From Candidatus Velthaea sp. (GTDB taxonomy: Bacteria > Vulcanimicrobiota > Vulcanimicrobiia > Vulcanimicrobiales > Vulcanimicrobiaceae): DNA of 64,000 nucleotides. Below are positions 10,414 through 19,387 of this stretch, in pieces. Below the pieces are notes generated by a model. The model was not told where the DNA came from, searched no databases, and saw only the letters and a list, made by a program, of their open reading frames with translations. Position numbers and translations under genes: made by a program. The DNA is taken from the NCBI GenBank assembly GCA_965214935.1, contig CBDCCS010000004.1:42954-106953 (forward strand), written 5' to 3'. Each line of letters starts with the position of its first letter. The first letter of the stretch is position 1.

Positions 10414-10441
10414 AAAAGAGCGCCGGAGCGCTCTTTTTTTT
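10414..10441 (+). terminator. Intrinsic terminator
   Basis: AAAAGAGCGC-CGGA-GCGCTCTTTTTTTT. Confidence 0.9.
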
Positions 10442-10664
10442 ATCGGCTCGGCCGGCGCGTTCGCGGTACAAGCGCGTTTCGCAGCGTAGAGCTCAGCTTC
10501 GATCAGCTACGTTGATCGAGGCTTAACGGCGCAGGTTCGCATGCCCGAAATGCCGACGCGAGTCAACGATCTACGAGCATGTTAATAGCATCGCGGAATC
10601 GATCGACACGCAAAGCCGAGCACGTCGAACGATTTACGGAGCGCAAGAAACGTGCTGCGGATCC

Positions 10665-12414
10665 TCAGCAGTTCTCGGCCATCCACTGCTCGAGCGTTTC
10701 GATCGCACGCTGGTAGCCTTCGATCTCGGTCTGTTGTCGCCAGCGCCAATCGTCGATGTCACCGGTTTTTCGGGCTTCGAGACAGCGCGCTTCGTGCGCC
10801 TCTTCATGCGCTTTGAAGGCGTTGTAAAAAATCGGCGGCCAACCATTCTCGGCGACTTGCTCGGGCGTCGGAAAATGCGGCTTACAGTTGACGAAATCCG
10901 TGTAACCGCCTTGCTTGAAACCGCCGCTGCCGCCGACGCCGTCGCGGCCGGCTTTTTCACGAACGGCATCTTGAAATTGCTGACCCGACCAATTATGGGC
11001 CGCGGCTTCCTTTTCCAGTTCCGGATCTTTGTAGCGCTGCTCGTACAAATACTCGAAGTTGCGCTGTTCGCGTACGCGGTCGCAGTCTTTGTTCTTGTCG
11101 CCCGCCGCGGGCTTGCCGGATTGCGCAAGCGGCTGCAGCGCGCCGTCGACCGGCGTTCCCATTGCGGCGCTCGGGTTGAAGCCGGAGCCGTCCGGTCCGA
11201 GCCCCAACAAGTTTAATGCGGCGACACGCGTTCCATTGCAGCCGCCGAACGACTTGCACAGCGCACCGGCAACGACACCCGCGAAGAACGTCTGCAAGTC
11301 GGCTTTTTCGGCCGGCGCGATCGTCCGAGCGTTCATCAACGACTGCGCCGTCCGCGCGACGCTGTCGATCGAACGCACCTGCGCATCGGAAGACATTAAT
11401 GGGGACGGCACGACCGTCGCTGTTCCAAGTGCAACCCGCGATGTAAGTGGTCCAAAATCGGCGACCGACGTCGTGCGCGACAACGTCATTCGTGCCCTGC
11501 TCGCAGCAACGTAGCGTAGGTCGAGTTGCGATCCGCGGTTGTCGGCAATTCGCACGACGCGGCCCGCGGAGTCGCGCATCACGCTGTACGCCGGCGGAAC
11601 GAACAGTTGGATCGTCGTCGTTGCATAGCTCTGCGGTAGGAAGCGGACGAAAAAACCGCGCGGGTCGTACGACCAGCGCTTGCGCCCGGCGTCCGCTTTC
11701 GTTGCTACCGCCGGTACCGCCAAAGCCGCGAGCTGTTGGTAGGAGCTGTTGCCGTGCGTCAGAAGGTCTCGCACTTGGCTTTCGGTCGCAAGCACGTCGC
11801 GCACGGGTGCCGGTAAAGCGGCGCCCGACCGGGCCAGAAAATCGGCAATCGAACCGAGCGCGCCGCCATTGAGCTGCCCGATCTCTTGCGCGGTCAAGAG
11901 CGCATCCGCTACGCTTTTCAAACGATCGGGAAGCGCGGAGATTTTTGTTTGCGAGGTGATCGCCCACAAGAGCGATTGCACGTCGCCCTGAGCGATCGAC
12001 GGTTGCGCGTGCCAGCGCGTCAGCACGCTGCCGACATACGACAGCGCGCGAACCGCTCAGCGCGCCGACCCGATACGCGCTCGACCCGGAAGGTCCATGG
12101 CCGCCGGCGCGCAGACAGAAACTCTGGTCGATCAGCTCGAAGGCGCCCGGGTAGAGCGTGAAGGTGCCGTCGGCGGCGTGCGGCAGATCCGTCAGCGCCG
12201 CGAAGCGTCCGGGCTCGAAATGATCGAGTTCCGGGATTTCGCGCAGCTTTTCGGCAGGCTGCACGACGATCGACGCGGGCGGTGCTTTCGCGAGCGGCGG
12301 GAGCGGAACGGTCGATGGAATCTGCGGCACATTCGGCAGATGCGGAATGTCCGGCAAATGCGGCAGCGAGAGTTGCCCAAGCAATACTACGGTCAGGACG
12401 AAGAAAGCTACCAC
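10665..12414 (-). pseudogene. Secreted protein with a C-terminal HExxH domain, split by a +1 frameshift near 12043
   Basis: Protein-like sequence moves from the 12414 frame (...QSFCLRAGGHGPSGSSAYRVGALSGSRA) to the 12026 frame (SYVGSVLTRWHAQPSIAQGDVQSLLWAI...); the span is 1750 bp = 3n+1. Confidence 0.75.
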
Positions 12415-12581
12415 GCCGGATTTTCCTTCCGTCGATACGTCGTGGAGCCCAGCGTACCAGCCGCGCGTGCTGCGCGCGTGCTGCGCGGCCGGACCGTTGA
12501 CGGAAGTTCCGCATTTGGTAGCCCGAATTGCCGTTCGGGCCGTTAAAGCCGGCGAAAAAACCGGCGGCGGCGGCGTTCGAG

Positions 12582-12615
12582 CGACACAAGGGTGCCCATG
12601 GGCACCCTTGTGTCG
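12582..12615. terminator. 34-bp perfect palindrome downstream of the ABC transporter operon
   Basis: CGACACAAGGGTGCCCA|TGGGCACCCTTGTGTCG. Confidence 0.7.
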
Positions 12616-12619
12616 TGTT

Positions 12620-13582
12620 TTACTTCGAGAGCGTAAAGGGCGCGGTGTAGTGCGAAAGATTCGTCTTCGTGATGAGCTCGCAATCGAATAACTGCTTTTC
12701 CGTCGCTGCGCCGGTCTTACCGGTTTTGAGGAAGAAGTCGGCTTCCATCACGGCTTTTTGTGAAAAAACCGCGACCGGTTGCAGCACCGTGTATTGCAAG
12801 TCGCCGGCCTTGATTGCCGCAACGGCGTCGGGCGAGCCGTCGAAGCCGCCGACTTTCACACTTGCGAGTTTGCCGGCCGTCTTTAATGCAGCGATTGCAC
12901 CAAGTGCCATCTCGTCGTTGCCGCTGATGACGCCGACGATGTTGGGATGCGCTTGCAGCATGCTTTGCATCTTATCGTGGCCTTGCGTGCGGTTCCAATT
13001 CGCCACTTGCGAATCGGCTTTGCTCAACCCGTCGATTTGACTGAGCACGGTTTGATAACCGTTCGAGCGCGTAGCGGCATTGTTGTCCGACGGTGCGCCG
13101 AGCAGTTCGGCGTAGCTGCCTTTTTGGCCGACGTCTTTAACCCACTGCTGCGCGCCCAACGCCGCGCCTTGCGCGTTGTTCGACACGAGTTGCGCTTTGG
13201 CTAAGCCTTCCTGATTGATTTCCGCGTTGACGAGAAACACCGGGATCTTGGCCGCAATCGCCTTTTTCACTGCACCGATCGAACCGCTGGCATCGGCGGG
13301 ATCGAGAATGATTGCGACCGACTTATTGGTGATCGCGGTATCGATCAAGTTGCTTTCGGTGTTCGTGTCGCCCTTGGATGCTCCGACGTTCGCGGTATAG
13401 CCGAGTTTTTTCGCAGTGGCCGCCGCGACTTTTCCTTCGGTCAGCCAGTATGGATTCGACGGGTCGTTCACGATGATCGATACTAAACCGCCCGCTGCGG
13501 GCGCCGGCGCGCCGCTTCCGGCGATCAGCGAAGCGCCCAGCGCGACGGCGGCAAACGTCGAAATAACGGTCTTCTTAAACAT
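12620..13582 (-). CDS. Sugar ABC transporter substrate-binding protein (RbsB-like)
   Basis: Signal peptide; NPYW, GNDEMALGA, GFDGSPDA, TVLQP. Confidence 0.93.
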   Translation of the reverse strand: MFKKTVISTFAAVALGASLIAGSGAPAPAAGGLVSIIVNDPSNPYWLTEGKVAAATAKKLGYTANVGASKGDTNTESNLIDTAITNKSVAIILDPADASGSIGAVKKAIAAKIPVFLVNAEINQEGLAKAQLVSNNAQGAALGAQQWVKDVGQKGSYAELLGAPSDNNAATRSNGYQTVLSQIDGLSKADSQVANWNRTQGHDKMQSMLQAHPNIVGVISGNDEMALGAIAALKTAGKLASVKVGGFDGSPDAVAAIKAGDLQYTVLQPVAVFSQKAVMEADFFLKTGKTGAATEKQLFDCELITKTNLSHYTAPFTLSK

Positions 13583-13614
13583 AACAAATCTCCTAAATTA
13601 GCGGTATCACGAAT

Positions 13615-14745
13615 TTAACCGGCAGTCTTTTCGCGAGCGGGATTGGCGGTTAAGCCGATCCCTCCTCGCTTCGGCAATTCCGTCGGGCCGGCACTCGAGC
13701 CCGGTGCCTTGACGCGACGCCGATATTGCACGGCATTGAGCAGTACGGCAAGCACGATCACGGCACCGGTAAAAACGGTCTGCCAATACGATGAAATGCC
13801 GATAATAACCAGTCCGTCCGACAAGAAGCCGATCACGAACGCGCCGAGCAGCGTGCCGCGAATCGTGCCGCGACCGCCCGTTAGCGCAGCGCCGCCGATT
13901 ACGACAGCGGCGATCGCGGTCAGTTCGTACGAGGTGCCGGCGGTCGGTCCCGCCGATGTGAGTTGCGATGATAGGATGAGACCGGCTGCCGCAGCGCAGA
14001 TACCGGAGAGCATATACACCGATAGCTGCACGGTTTTCACCGGCACGCCCGAGAGTTCGGCCGCTCGCGAATTGCCGCCCGACGCATACAGCCAGCGTCC
14101 AAACGCCGTCCGGCTCAAGGCAAGAACGCCGATGACGGCAATGACCGCCATGACGACGACGCCGATCGGCACGCCGAGGATGCGGTTGAATCCAAGCCAG
14201 TCGAATCCGGTATTGCCGAGTTCGGGCCGTCCGCCGAGGCTATTATAGGTGAGCCCGTTGGTAATCAGCAACGCAACGCCGCGCACCATATACATGACGC
14301 CCAGCGTGGCGACAAACGCCGGCACCTTCAAGCGCGCAATCAAAACGCCGTTGATGGCACCGATGAGTGCGCCGAGCGCGCACGTTACGACCGCTACAAC
14401 CCAGACCGGCGGATACAAGATCACGCCGAGCGCCCCGAGCGTTACGCCCTGCATGAGGAAACCGGCAATGACGCCGGCGAGCCCGAGCGTCGATCCGACC
14501 GACAGATCGATGCCGCCGTTGAGAATGACGAGCAGCATGCCGATTGCAAGAATCGCAAACAGCGCAACATGCGAGGCCATCACGAGCAGATTGCCGACGG
14601 TAAAATAGTAGGGCGACAGTATCGAAAAAACGATGACGATGGCGATGAGCGCGAAGAACGCCCGCCCTTCGAGCAGCAACCGGCCGAGTTCAAAGCCATT
14701 GCTAAAGAGCCCGGAGGCAGAGCGCTTGCGGCCGGCGTCGATCAT
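13615..14745 (-). CDS. Sugar ABC transporter permease
   Basis: GGIDLSVGS, GGNSRAAELSGVPV, YELTAIAAVVIGG. Confidence 0.95.
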   Translation of the reverse strand: MIDAGRKRSASGLFSNGFELGRLLLEGRAFFALIAIVIVFSILSPYYFTVGNLLVMASHVALFAILAIGMLLVILNGGIDLSVGSTLGLAGVIAGFLMQGVTLGALGVILYPPVWVVAVVTCALGALIGAINGVLIARLKVPAFVATLGVMYMVRGVALLITNGLTYNSLGGRPELGNTGFDWLGFNRILGVPIGVVVMAVIAVIGVLALSRTAFGRWLYASGGNSRAAELSGVPVKTVQLSVYMLSGICAAAAGLILSSQLTSAGPTAGTSYELTAIAAVVIGGAALTGGRGTIRGTLLGAFVIGFLSDGLVIIGISSYWQTVFTGAVIVLAVLLNAVQYRRRVKAPGSSAGPTELPKRGGIGLTANPAREKTAG

Positions 14746-14769
14746 CGTTGAAGCTCCACTTCGAGGTGA

Positions 14770-16311
14770 CTAAGCAATGACGGCTTCGCCCGAGGCTGCC
14801 ATGATCTTCTCCTTCGTAACGTCGGCGCCGAATTGCGCTGCGATCCGGCCGCGCCGCATGACGACAACCCGATGCGCGATACTCAAGCACTCGCCGAGTT
14901 CTGAGGTTGAAAACAGCACGGCAAGCCCGCGTGCGGCTCCTTCGCTGAGCAGACGAAAGACTTCGGCTTTCGCCCCGACGTCGATGCCGCGACTCGGCTC
15001 GTCGAGGAGGATGACGCGCGGGTTCGTCATCAGCATCTTCCCGATGACGACCTTTTGCTGATTGCCGCCCGAAAGCGAGCCGATCGGCGCGCCGCCGCCC
15101 GCCGTTTTAACGTGTACGTTGCGGATCGACTCATCGACCATCGAACGCTCGCGCGGACCGGACAATAACCCGAAGCGAGCAAAAGCATTGATACTCGGCA
15201 ACGAAAGATTGCCGCCGACCGTCATCGTTTGCACGAGCCCATCGCGTTGACGGTCTTCAGGGACTAGAACAAGGCCGCTCGCGATCCGATCGGCGATCCC
15301 CAAGCGCGAGACATCACGGCCCTCGAGCAGCACCCGGCCACCCGCCGGCGGCACGCGGCCCGCAACGCATTCGAGCAGCTCCGTGCGTCCCGCGCCCATC
15401 AATCCGTAGATGCATACGATCTCGCCCGCCCGGACGTCGAGCGACAAGCGATCGACCACCGCGACGTCGGCATTTGCAACGTCGGCCACCGAAATATCCT
15501 CGATCGACAAGGCGACGTCACCGAAGGGGTAACCGCCCGGCGGCGAACCGAGATTGAAGTTTTCACCGACCATATTGCGCACGATCCACTCGAGGTCGAT
15601 GTCTTTTGCTTCGGCCGTCGCAGTGATCGAACCATCGCGCAACACAACGGCATAATCGGTGATCTGCAACGCTTCTTCGAGATGATGCGAGATGTAGACG
15701 ATCGAGACACCGCGCCGCGTTAAGTCGCGAATAACTTTGAAGAGCACTTCGACTTCGGTCGCACTGAGCGCCGATGTCGGCTCGTCCATAATGAGAATGC
15801 GTGAGTTTACCGACAACGCCCGCGCAATTTCGACGATCTGCTGCTGACCTAAGCGCAGATCTTCGACGAGCGTCTGCGGTTCGATCTGTTCTTCTAACTC
15901 CGTCATCAGCGTCCGGACTTGACGCGCTTGTTCGGCAAAGTTGATGCCGGTCGGCGATTGCAACTCACGGCCCATGAAAACGTTGTCGCTCACATTGAGG
16001 TTCGGCGCCAGACTCAGTTCCTGATGGATGATCGAGATGCCGCGATCGCGGGCGTCGGACGCCGAAGCGAAACGAACGACTTGTCCATCGAGCTCGATCG
16101 TGCCCGACGTCGGCGTTTCAACGCCGGAAAAGATCTTCATCAAGGTCGATTTGCCGGCGCCGTTCTCACCGAAAAGCGTCGTTACGCAGCCGCGCCGGAT
16201 GTCGAACCGTACGCCTTTGAGTGCGTGCGTATTGCCGTACGTTTTGACGATGTCGCGTGCCGCAAGCACGATATCGCCGGCGGCCGGATCGTTCAGGGAC
16301 GTGCCGTTCAC
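14770..16311 (-). CDS. Sugar ABC transporter ATP-binding protein (two ATPase domains)
   Basis: GENGAGKST, MDEPTSAL, LSGGNQQK, LDEPSRGIDVGAK. Confidence 0.96.
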   Translation of the reverse strand: MNGTSLNDPAAGDIVLAARDIVKTYGNTHALKGVRFDIRRGCVTTLFGENGAGKSTLMKIFSGVETPTSGTIELDGQVVRFASASDARDRGISIIHQELSLAPNLNVSDNVFMGRELQSPTGINFAEQARQVRTLMTELEEQIEPQTLVEDLRLGQQQIVEIARALSVNSRILIMDEPTSALSATEVEVLFKVIRDLTRRGVSIVYISHHLEEALQITDYAVVLRDGSITATAEAKDIDLEWIVRNMVGENFNLGSPPGGYPFGDVALSIEDISVADVANADVAVVDRLSLDVRAGEIVCIYGLMGAGRTELLECVAGRVPPAGGRVLLEGRDVSRLGIADRIASGLVLVPEDRQRDGLVQTMTVGGNLSLPSINAFARFGLLSGPRERSMVDESIRNVHVKTAGGGAPIGSLSGGNQQKVVIGKMLMTNPRVILLDEPSRGIDVGAKAEVFRLLSEGAARGLAVLFSTSELGECLSIAHRVVVMRRGRIAAQFGADVTKEKIMAASGEAVIA

Positions 16312-16961
16312 TTGACCTCGAAATCAACCGGCGTGACGAGCCAGCTGCCCGGATCGGTCAATTGAAACACGCCGACGACCGACACGTGTTTTCCGCTGAG
16401 ACTACTCGTGCCGACTTTCGCCAACACGTCTTTCTTGAGCTGCTTGTTGAGCGCTGCTCCGGCATTCTGATATTCGATCTGATTGGTGAACTGGCCGAAA
16501 TTTATCGTGCCGGTCGCATCGCGCAAGTCGGTGCCGAGAATTGCCGGTCCGGTTTGCACTTTGACGCTGATCGTCTTCGGCAGACCCGGCACCGCGATAT
16601 CGTACGTACCAAAATCGTCTTTGCCGGCGACGCCGGTGAATTTCACAGGCATCTCCGGACCAGCGCTTGCCGCCGTTCCATATTGCTTTGCCGCTGCCGT
16701 CGCGTTACGGGCGATCGCGGCAGCCAACGTGGCGGCGGGCACGGCGCGCCGATCGATGGCCGACTGCACCTTCGGAAACTCGGCCGCGCCGTATTCGGCC
16801 GCCGAAAAGCCGCCGGGTGCAACACTTGTTGATGAACCGATGCGCACCACTTTTGTATCGATCGCCATCGCGGCGACGAGTCCGACGGCGATAGCCCAGA
16901 GGACGATCGCGCGGACGTTCGTTGCGCGCGGCGCGCTTGCACGACTCGCTTGTTCCCGCAT
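16308..16961 (-). CDS. DUF2291-family periplasmic protein
   Basis: N-terminal TM; VQTGPAILGTDLRDATGTINFGQFTNQIEYQ signature; first gene of a sugar ABC operon. Confidence 0.85.
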   Translation of the reverse strand: MREQASRASAPRATNVRAIVLWAIAVGLVAAMAIDTKVVRIGSSTSVAPGGFSAAEYGAAEFPKVQSAIDRRAVPAATLAAAIARNATAAAKQYGTAASAGPEMPVKFTGVAGKDDFGTYDIAVPGLPKTISVKVQTGPAILGTDLRDATGTINFGQFTNQIEYQNAGAALNKQLKKDVLAKVGTSSLSGKHVSVVGVFQLTDPGSWLVTPVDFEVK

Positions 16962-17151
16962 CGTCAGCTCGAGACGACCGGGCGGTACATACGAGGAGAC
17001 GGCCAGAGAAGTGGTGCGGACACACGTACCTCACGACAAAGCGCACGCCGCAATAGATTTTTCGCCCGAGCGCGCAAGCAGCGACTTCGACAACGGGAAA
17101 CGGAGCACTGCGTGCGTCCGCACAGCCAACGTTGCGCGCGCGACGCCGCAG

Positions 17152-17180
17152 TTGCTAGGCGTCAACGTCGATGTTACGAT
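17152..17180 (+). promoter_or_regulatory. Sigma70-type promoter of rnpB
   Basis: TTGCTA-17 bp-TACGAT with extended -10 TG, 6 bp before the RNA 5' end. Confidence 0.65.
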
Positions 17181-17186
17181 ACGGGC

Positions 17187-17556
17187 GCGGAGTACGCCGG
17201 GTCATCGCAGGCAACGCTTTGTCTGAGGAAAGTCCGGGCTTCATAGGGCAGGGTGCAGGATAACGTCCTGTCGAGGCGACTCGAAGGAAAGTGCCACAGA
17301 AACAAACCGCGTTCGCTCGGTTCGCCGCGCGTAACGTAAGGGTGAAATCGTGAGGTAAGAGCTCACGGCGATGTGCGGAGACGCACTCGCGGGTAAACCC
17401 CACCTGAAGCAAGATCGCTCGGCATTCGCGTATGCGACAACCGGCCCGGTTGAACGAGCAACATCGCACCGAGCCGTCCGGTAACGGACGGCCCAGATAG
17501 ATGATGACCGCCGTGCTGATGTACGGTACAGAATCCGGCTTACAGGCGTACTCCGC
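17187..17556 (+). ncRNA. rnpB: RNase P RNA (bacterial type A)
   Basis: GAGGAAAGTCCGGGC, GGAAAGTGCCACAGAAA, GGGTGAAA..GGTAAGAGC, GGTAAACCCCACC, ACAGAATCCGGCTTA; P1 GCGGAGTACGCC/GGCGTACTCCGC. Confidence 0.97.
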
Positions 17557-17637
17557 ATTCGACGTGCGCGCAACCGCCGGGACGTCAACGGCGTCTTATC
17601 GAATAATGCCGCTGCCTCGTTCCGAGGTTCGAGCCGT

Positions 17638-18048
17638 ATGGAGAGCTACGTGGCCCATTTTAACACAGACCTGACCGTTGAGAACGCATTTAAAGTCCAT
17701 GCCGGCGCGCGCCGCGTGTTTGCGAAGTTCCATCTCGGCGGTTGTTCGAATTGCTCGATCAGCGAGACCGAGACGATCGAACAAGTTAGCGAAGGCTACG
17801 GTATCCCGCTCGACATGCTCATGGCCGAGCTCGAGAAGCTGTTCGACCAGCCTGCGCTCGAAATCGGTGACGCGGTCCGGCTGCCCGATGAGATTCGATC
17901 GAAGATTCCGCAGCTCGCGACGGTCCCCGAGATCGGCCGCGTAACGGAGCTCACCGCCGGTGCTTATGTCGTTGAGTTCGGCGATGTCCGGCTGCAAGGC
18001 TTAGCCGAAGATTTCATCAAGGCCGAAGCGGTAACCGCTCCCGCCTAA
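17638..18048 (+). CDS. DUF1858/redox-disulfide-like domain protein with an extra C-terminal beta domain
   Basis: VFAKFHLGGCSNCSISETETIEQVSEGYGIPLD (CxxC); the start may be GTG 17650. Confidence 0.75.
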   Translation: MESYVAHFNTDLTVENAFKVHAGARRVFAKFHLGGCSNCSISETETIEQVSEGYGIPLDMLMAELEKLFDQPALEIGDAVRLPDEIRSKIPQLATVPEIGRVTELTAGAYVVEFGDVRLQGLAEDFIKAEAVTAPA

Positions 18049-18147
18049 CAAGCTCCATCCTAACCGACGGCATGTTCTGAGCAAGTGCTGCATGCGTGCG
18101 GCACTGCTCGTTCGCGTCGGACGCGCCGATCGCGTCGGGCACGCCGA

Positions 18148-18534
18148 TTATGGTACGTCGAGCGGCTTTCGGCTGCGAAAGCCTTCATCCGTACCATGCC
18201 AATGCGCGAGCGTCGTCTCGCCGGCTTTCCAGCAAAGATAGATCGGACGGCCCTCGCGTAGCGCGGGAAAATCCAACAGGCCGAGGTCGATATCTTTAAC
18301 GACGCAGCCGTACGCCTCGATACGGTTGATGAGCCGGACGATTTCGGCTTTGAGTTCGGTAAAGCGGCGGCCCGAACGCCGGTCGATTGCGCGCTCCGGA
18401 CGTCCGCCGCGCAACGCCGGATCGATCTCGAGCAGTTTAATTGCAAGCTCGCGGCGCTTGAGCCACAGTTCTTCGAGAATCGGCTCGAGAACCGGTATGA
18501 GGGCGTTGGCATTTTCGGGCGAAAAGAGTTTCAT
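18148..18534 (-). CDS. DUF2203-family protein
   Basis: MKLFSPENANALIP...VKDIDLGLLDFP...YLCWKAGE..LAHWH..DEGF.SRKPL. Confidence 0.88.
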   Translation of the reverse strand: MKLFSPENANALIPVLEPILEELWLKRRELAIKLLEIDPALRGGRPERAIDRRSGRRFTELKAEIVRLINRIEAYGCVVKDIDLGLLDFPALREGRPIYLCWKAGETTLAHWHGTDEGFRSRKPLDVP

Positions 18535-18535
18535 A

Positions 18536-19387
18536 ATGCGGCGTCTTGTCATCGTAACGGGGCTGTCGGGCGCGGGCAAGAGCCAGGCGCTAAAATCGTT
18601 CGAGGATCTCGGCTTCGCATGCCTCGATAATCTGCCGCCGGTTCTTTGCCCGCAGTTCGTCGCACTCGTCGAACGTGCAAGGATCGAGCGAGCGGCAATT
18701 GCACTCGACGTGCGGACCGCCGGACCGTTCGGTGACGCGATCACGACGATCGGCGACCTTTGGACGGCCGGTGAAAAGCCGGAGTTGTTATTCCTCGACG
18801 CCGACGACGCGACCGTCGTGCGACGCTACAGCGAAACGCGGCGGCGCCATCCGTTCGGCGAAAGCACGCTGCATCTCACGGATGCCATTGCCGCGGAACG
18901 TAACGCCTTGGCGCCTTTGCGCGATCGCGCCGATCACGTATGGGACACGTCGCGCTTGACGCACGGCATGCTCAAAGAACGTATCGAGGCAACGTTCGCG
19001 AGCGGCGTCAAGCAGATGCAGATATCACTGATCGCCTTCGGCTTCAAATACGGCATTCCGCTGGACTGCGATCTGCTCTTCGACGTCCGGTTTTTGCCGA
19101 ATCCTAATTACGTTCCGGCGCTCAAACCATTGACGGGTAACGATGCGGCGGTTGCCGCGTATCTCGAAGTGCTGCCGCAAACCGAGCAGTTTCTGGGACA
19201 CCTGTTGCCGATGCTCGACTTCTTGCTGCCGCGTTATCGCAGCGAAGGCAAGTCGCAGTTAACGATTGCGATCGGTTGTACCGGCGGACGGCATCGCTCG
19301 GTTTACTTGGCGCGCCGGCTCGAGCGCCATCTCTTGGCGACCGATGAGGCGGTCGTCAGCGTGCAAGAACGCGACTCGTACCGATGA
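18536..19387 (+). CDS. rapZ: RNase adapter / P-loop NTPase RapZ (YvcJ)
   Basis: VTGLSGAGKS, DNLPP, RRYSETRRRHP, FGFKYG, DVRFLPNP, IGCTGGRHRSV. Confidence 0.96.
   Translation: MRRLVIVTGLSGAGKSQALKSFEDLGFACLDNLPPVLCPQFVALVERARIERAAIALDVRTAGPFGDAITTIGDLWTAGEKPELLFLDADDATVVRRYSETRRRHPFGESTLHLTDAIAAERNALAPLRDRADHVWDTSRLTHGMLKERIEATFASGVKQMQISLIAFGFKYGIPLDCDLLFDVRFLPNPNYVPALKPLTGNDAAVAAYLEVLPQTEQFLGHLLPMLDFLLPRYRSEGKSQLTIAIGCTGGRHRSVYLARRLERHLLATDEAVVSVQERDSYR

Noticed and set aside
12030..12060. Programmed ribosomal frameshift
   Set aside because: No slippery heptamer, homopolymer or stop-associated shift site at the junction; a mutation or sequencing error is more likely
18326..18744. Long overlapping N-termini called for rapZ and the DUF2203 gene
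   Set aside because: The extensions are antisense to the partner gene; family-typical starts are at 18536 and 18534
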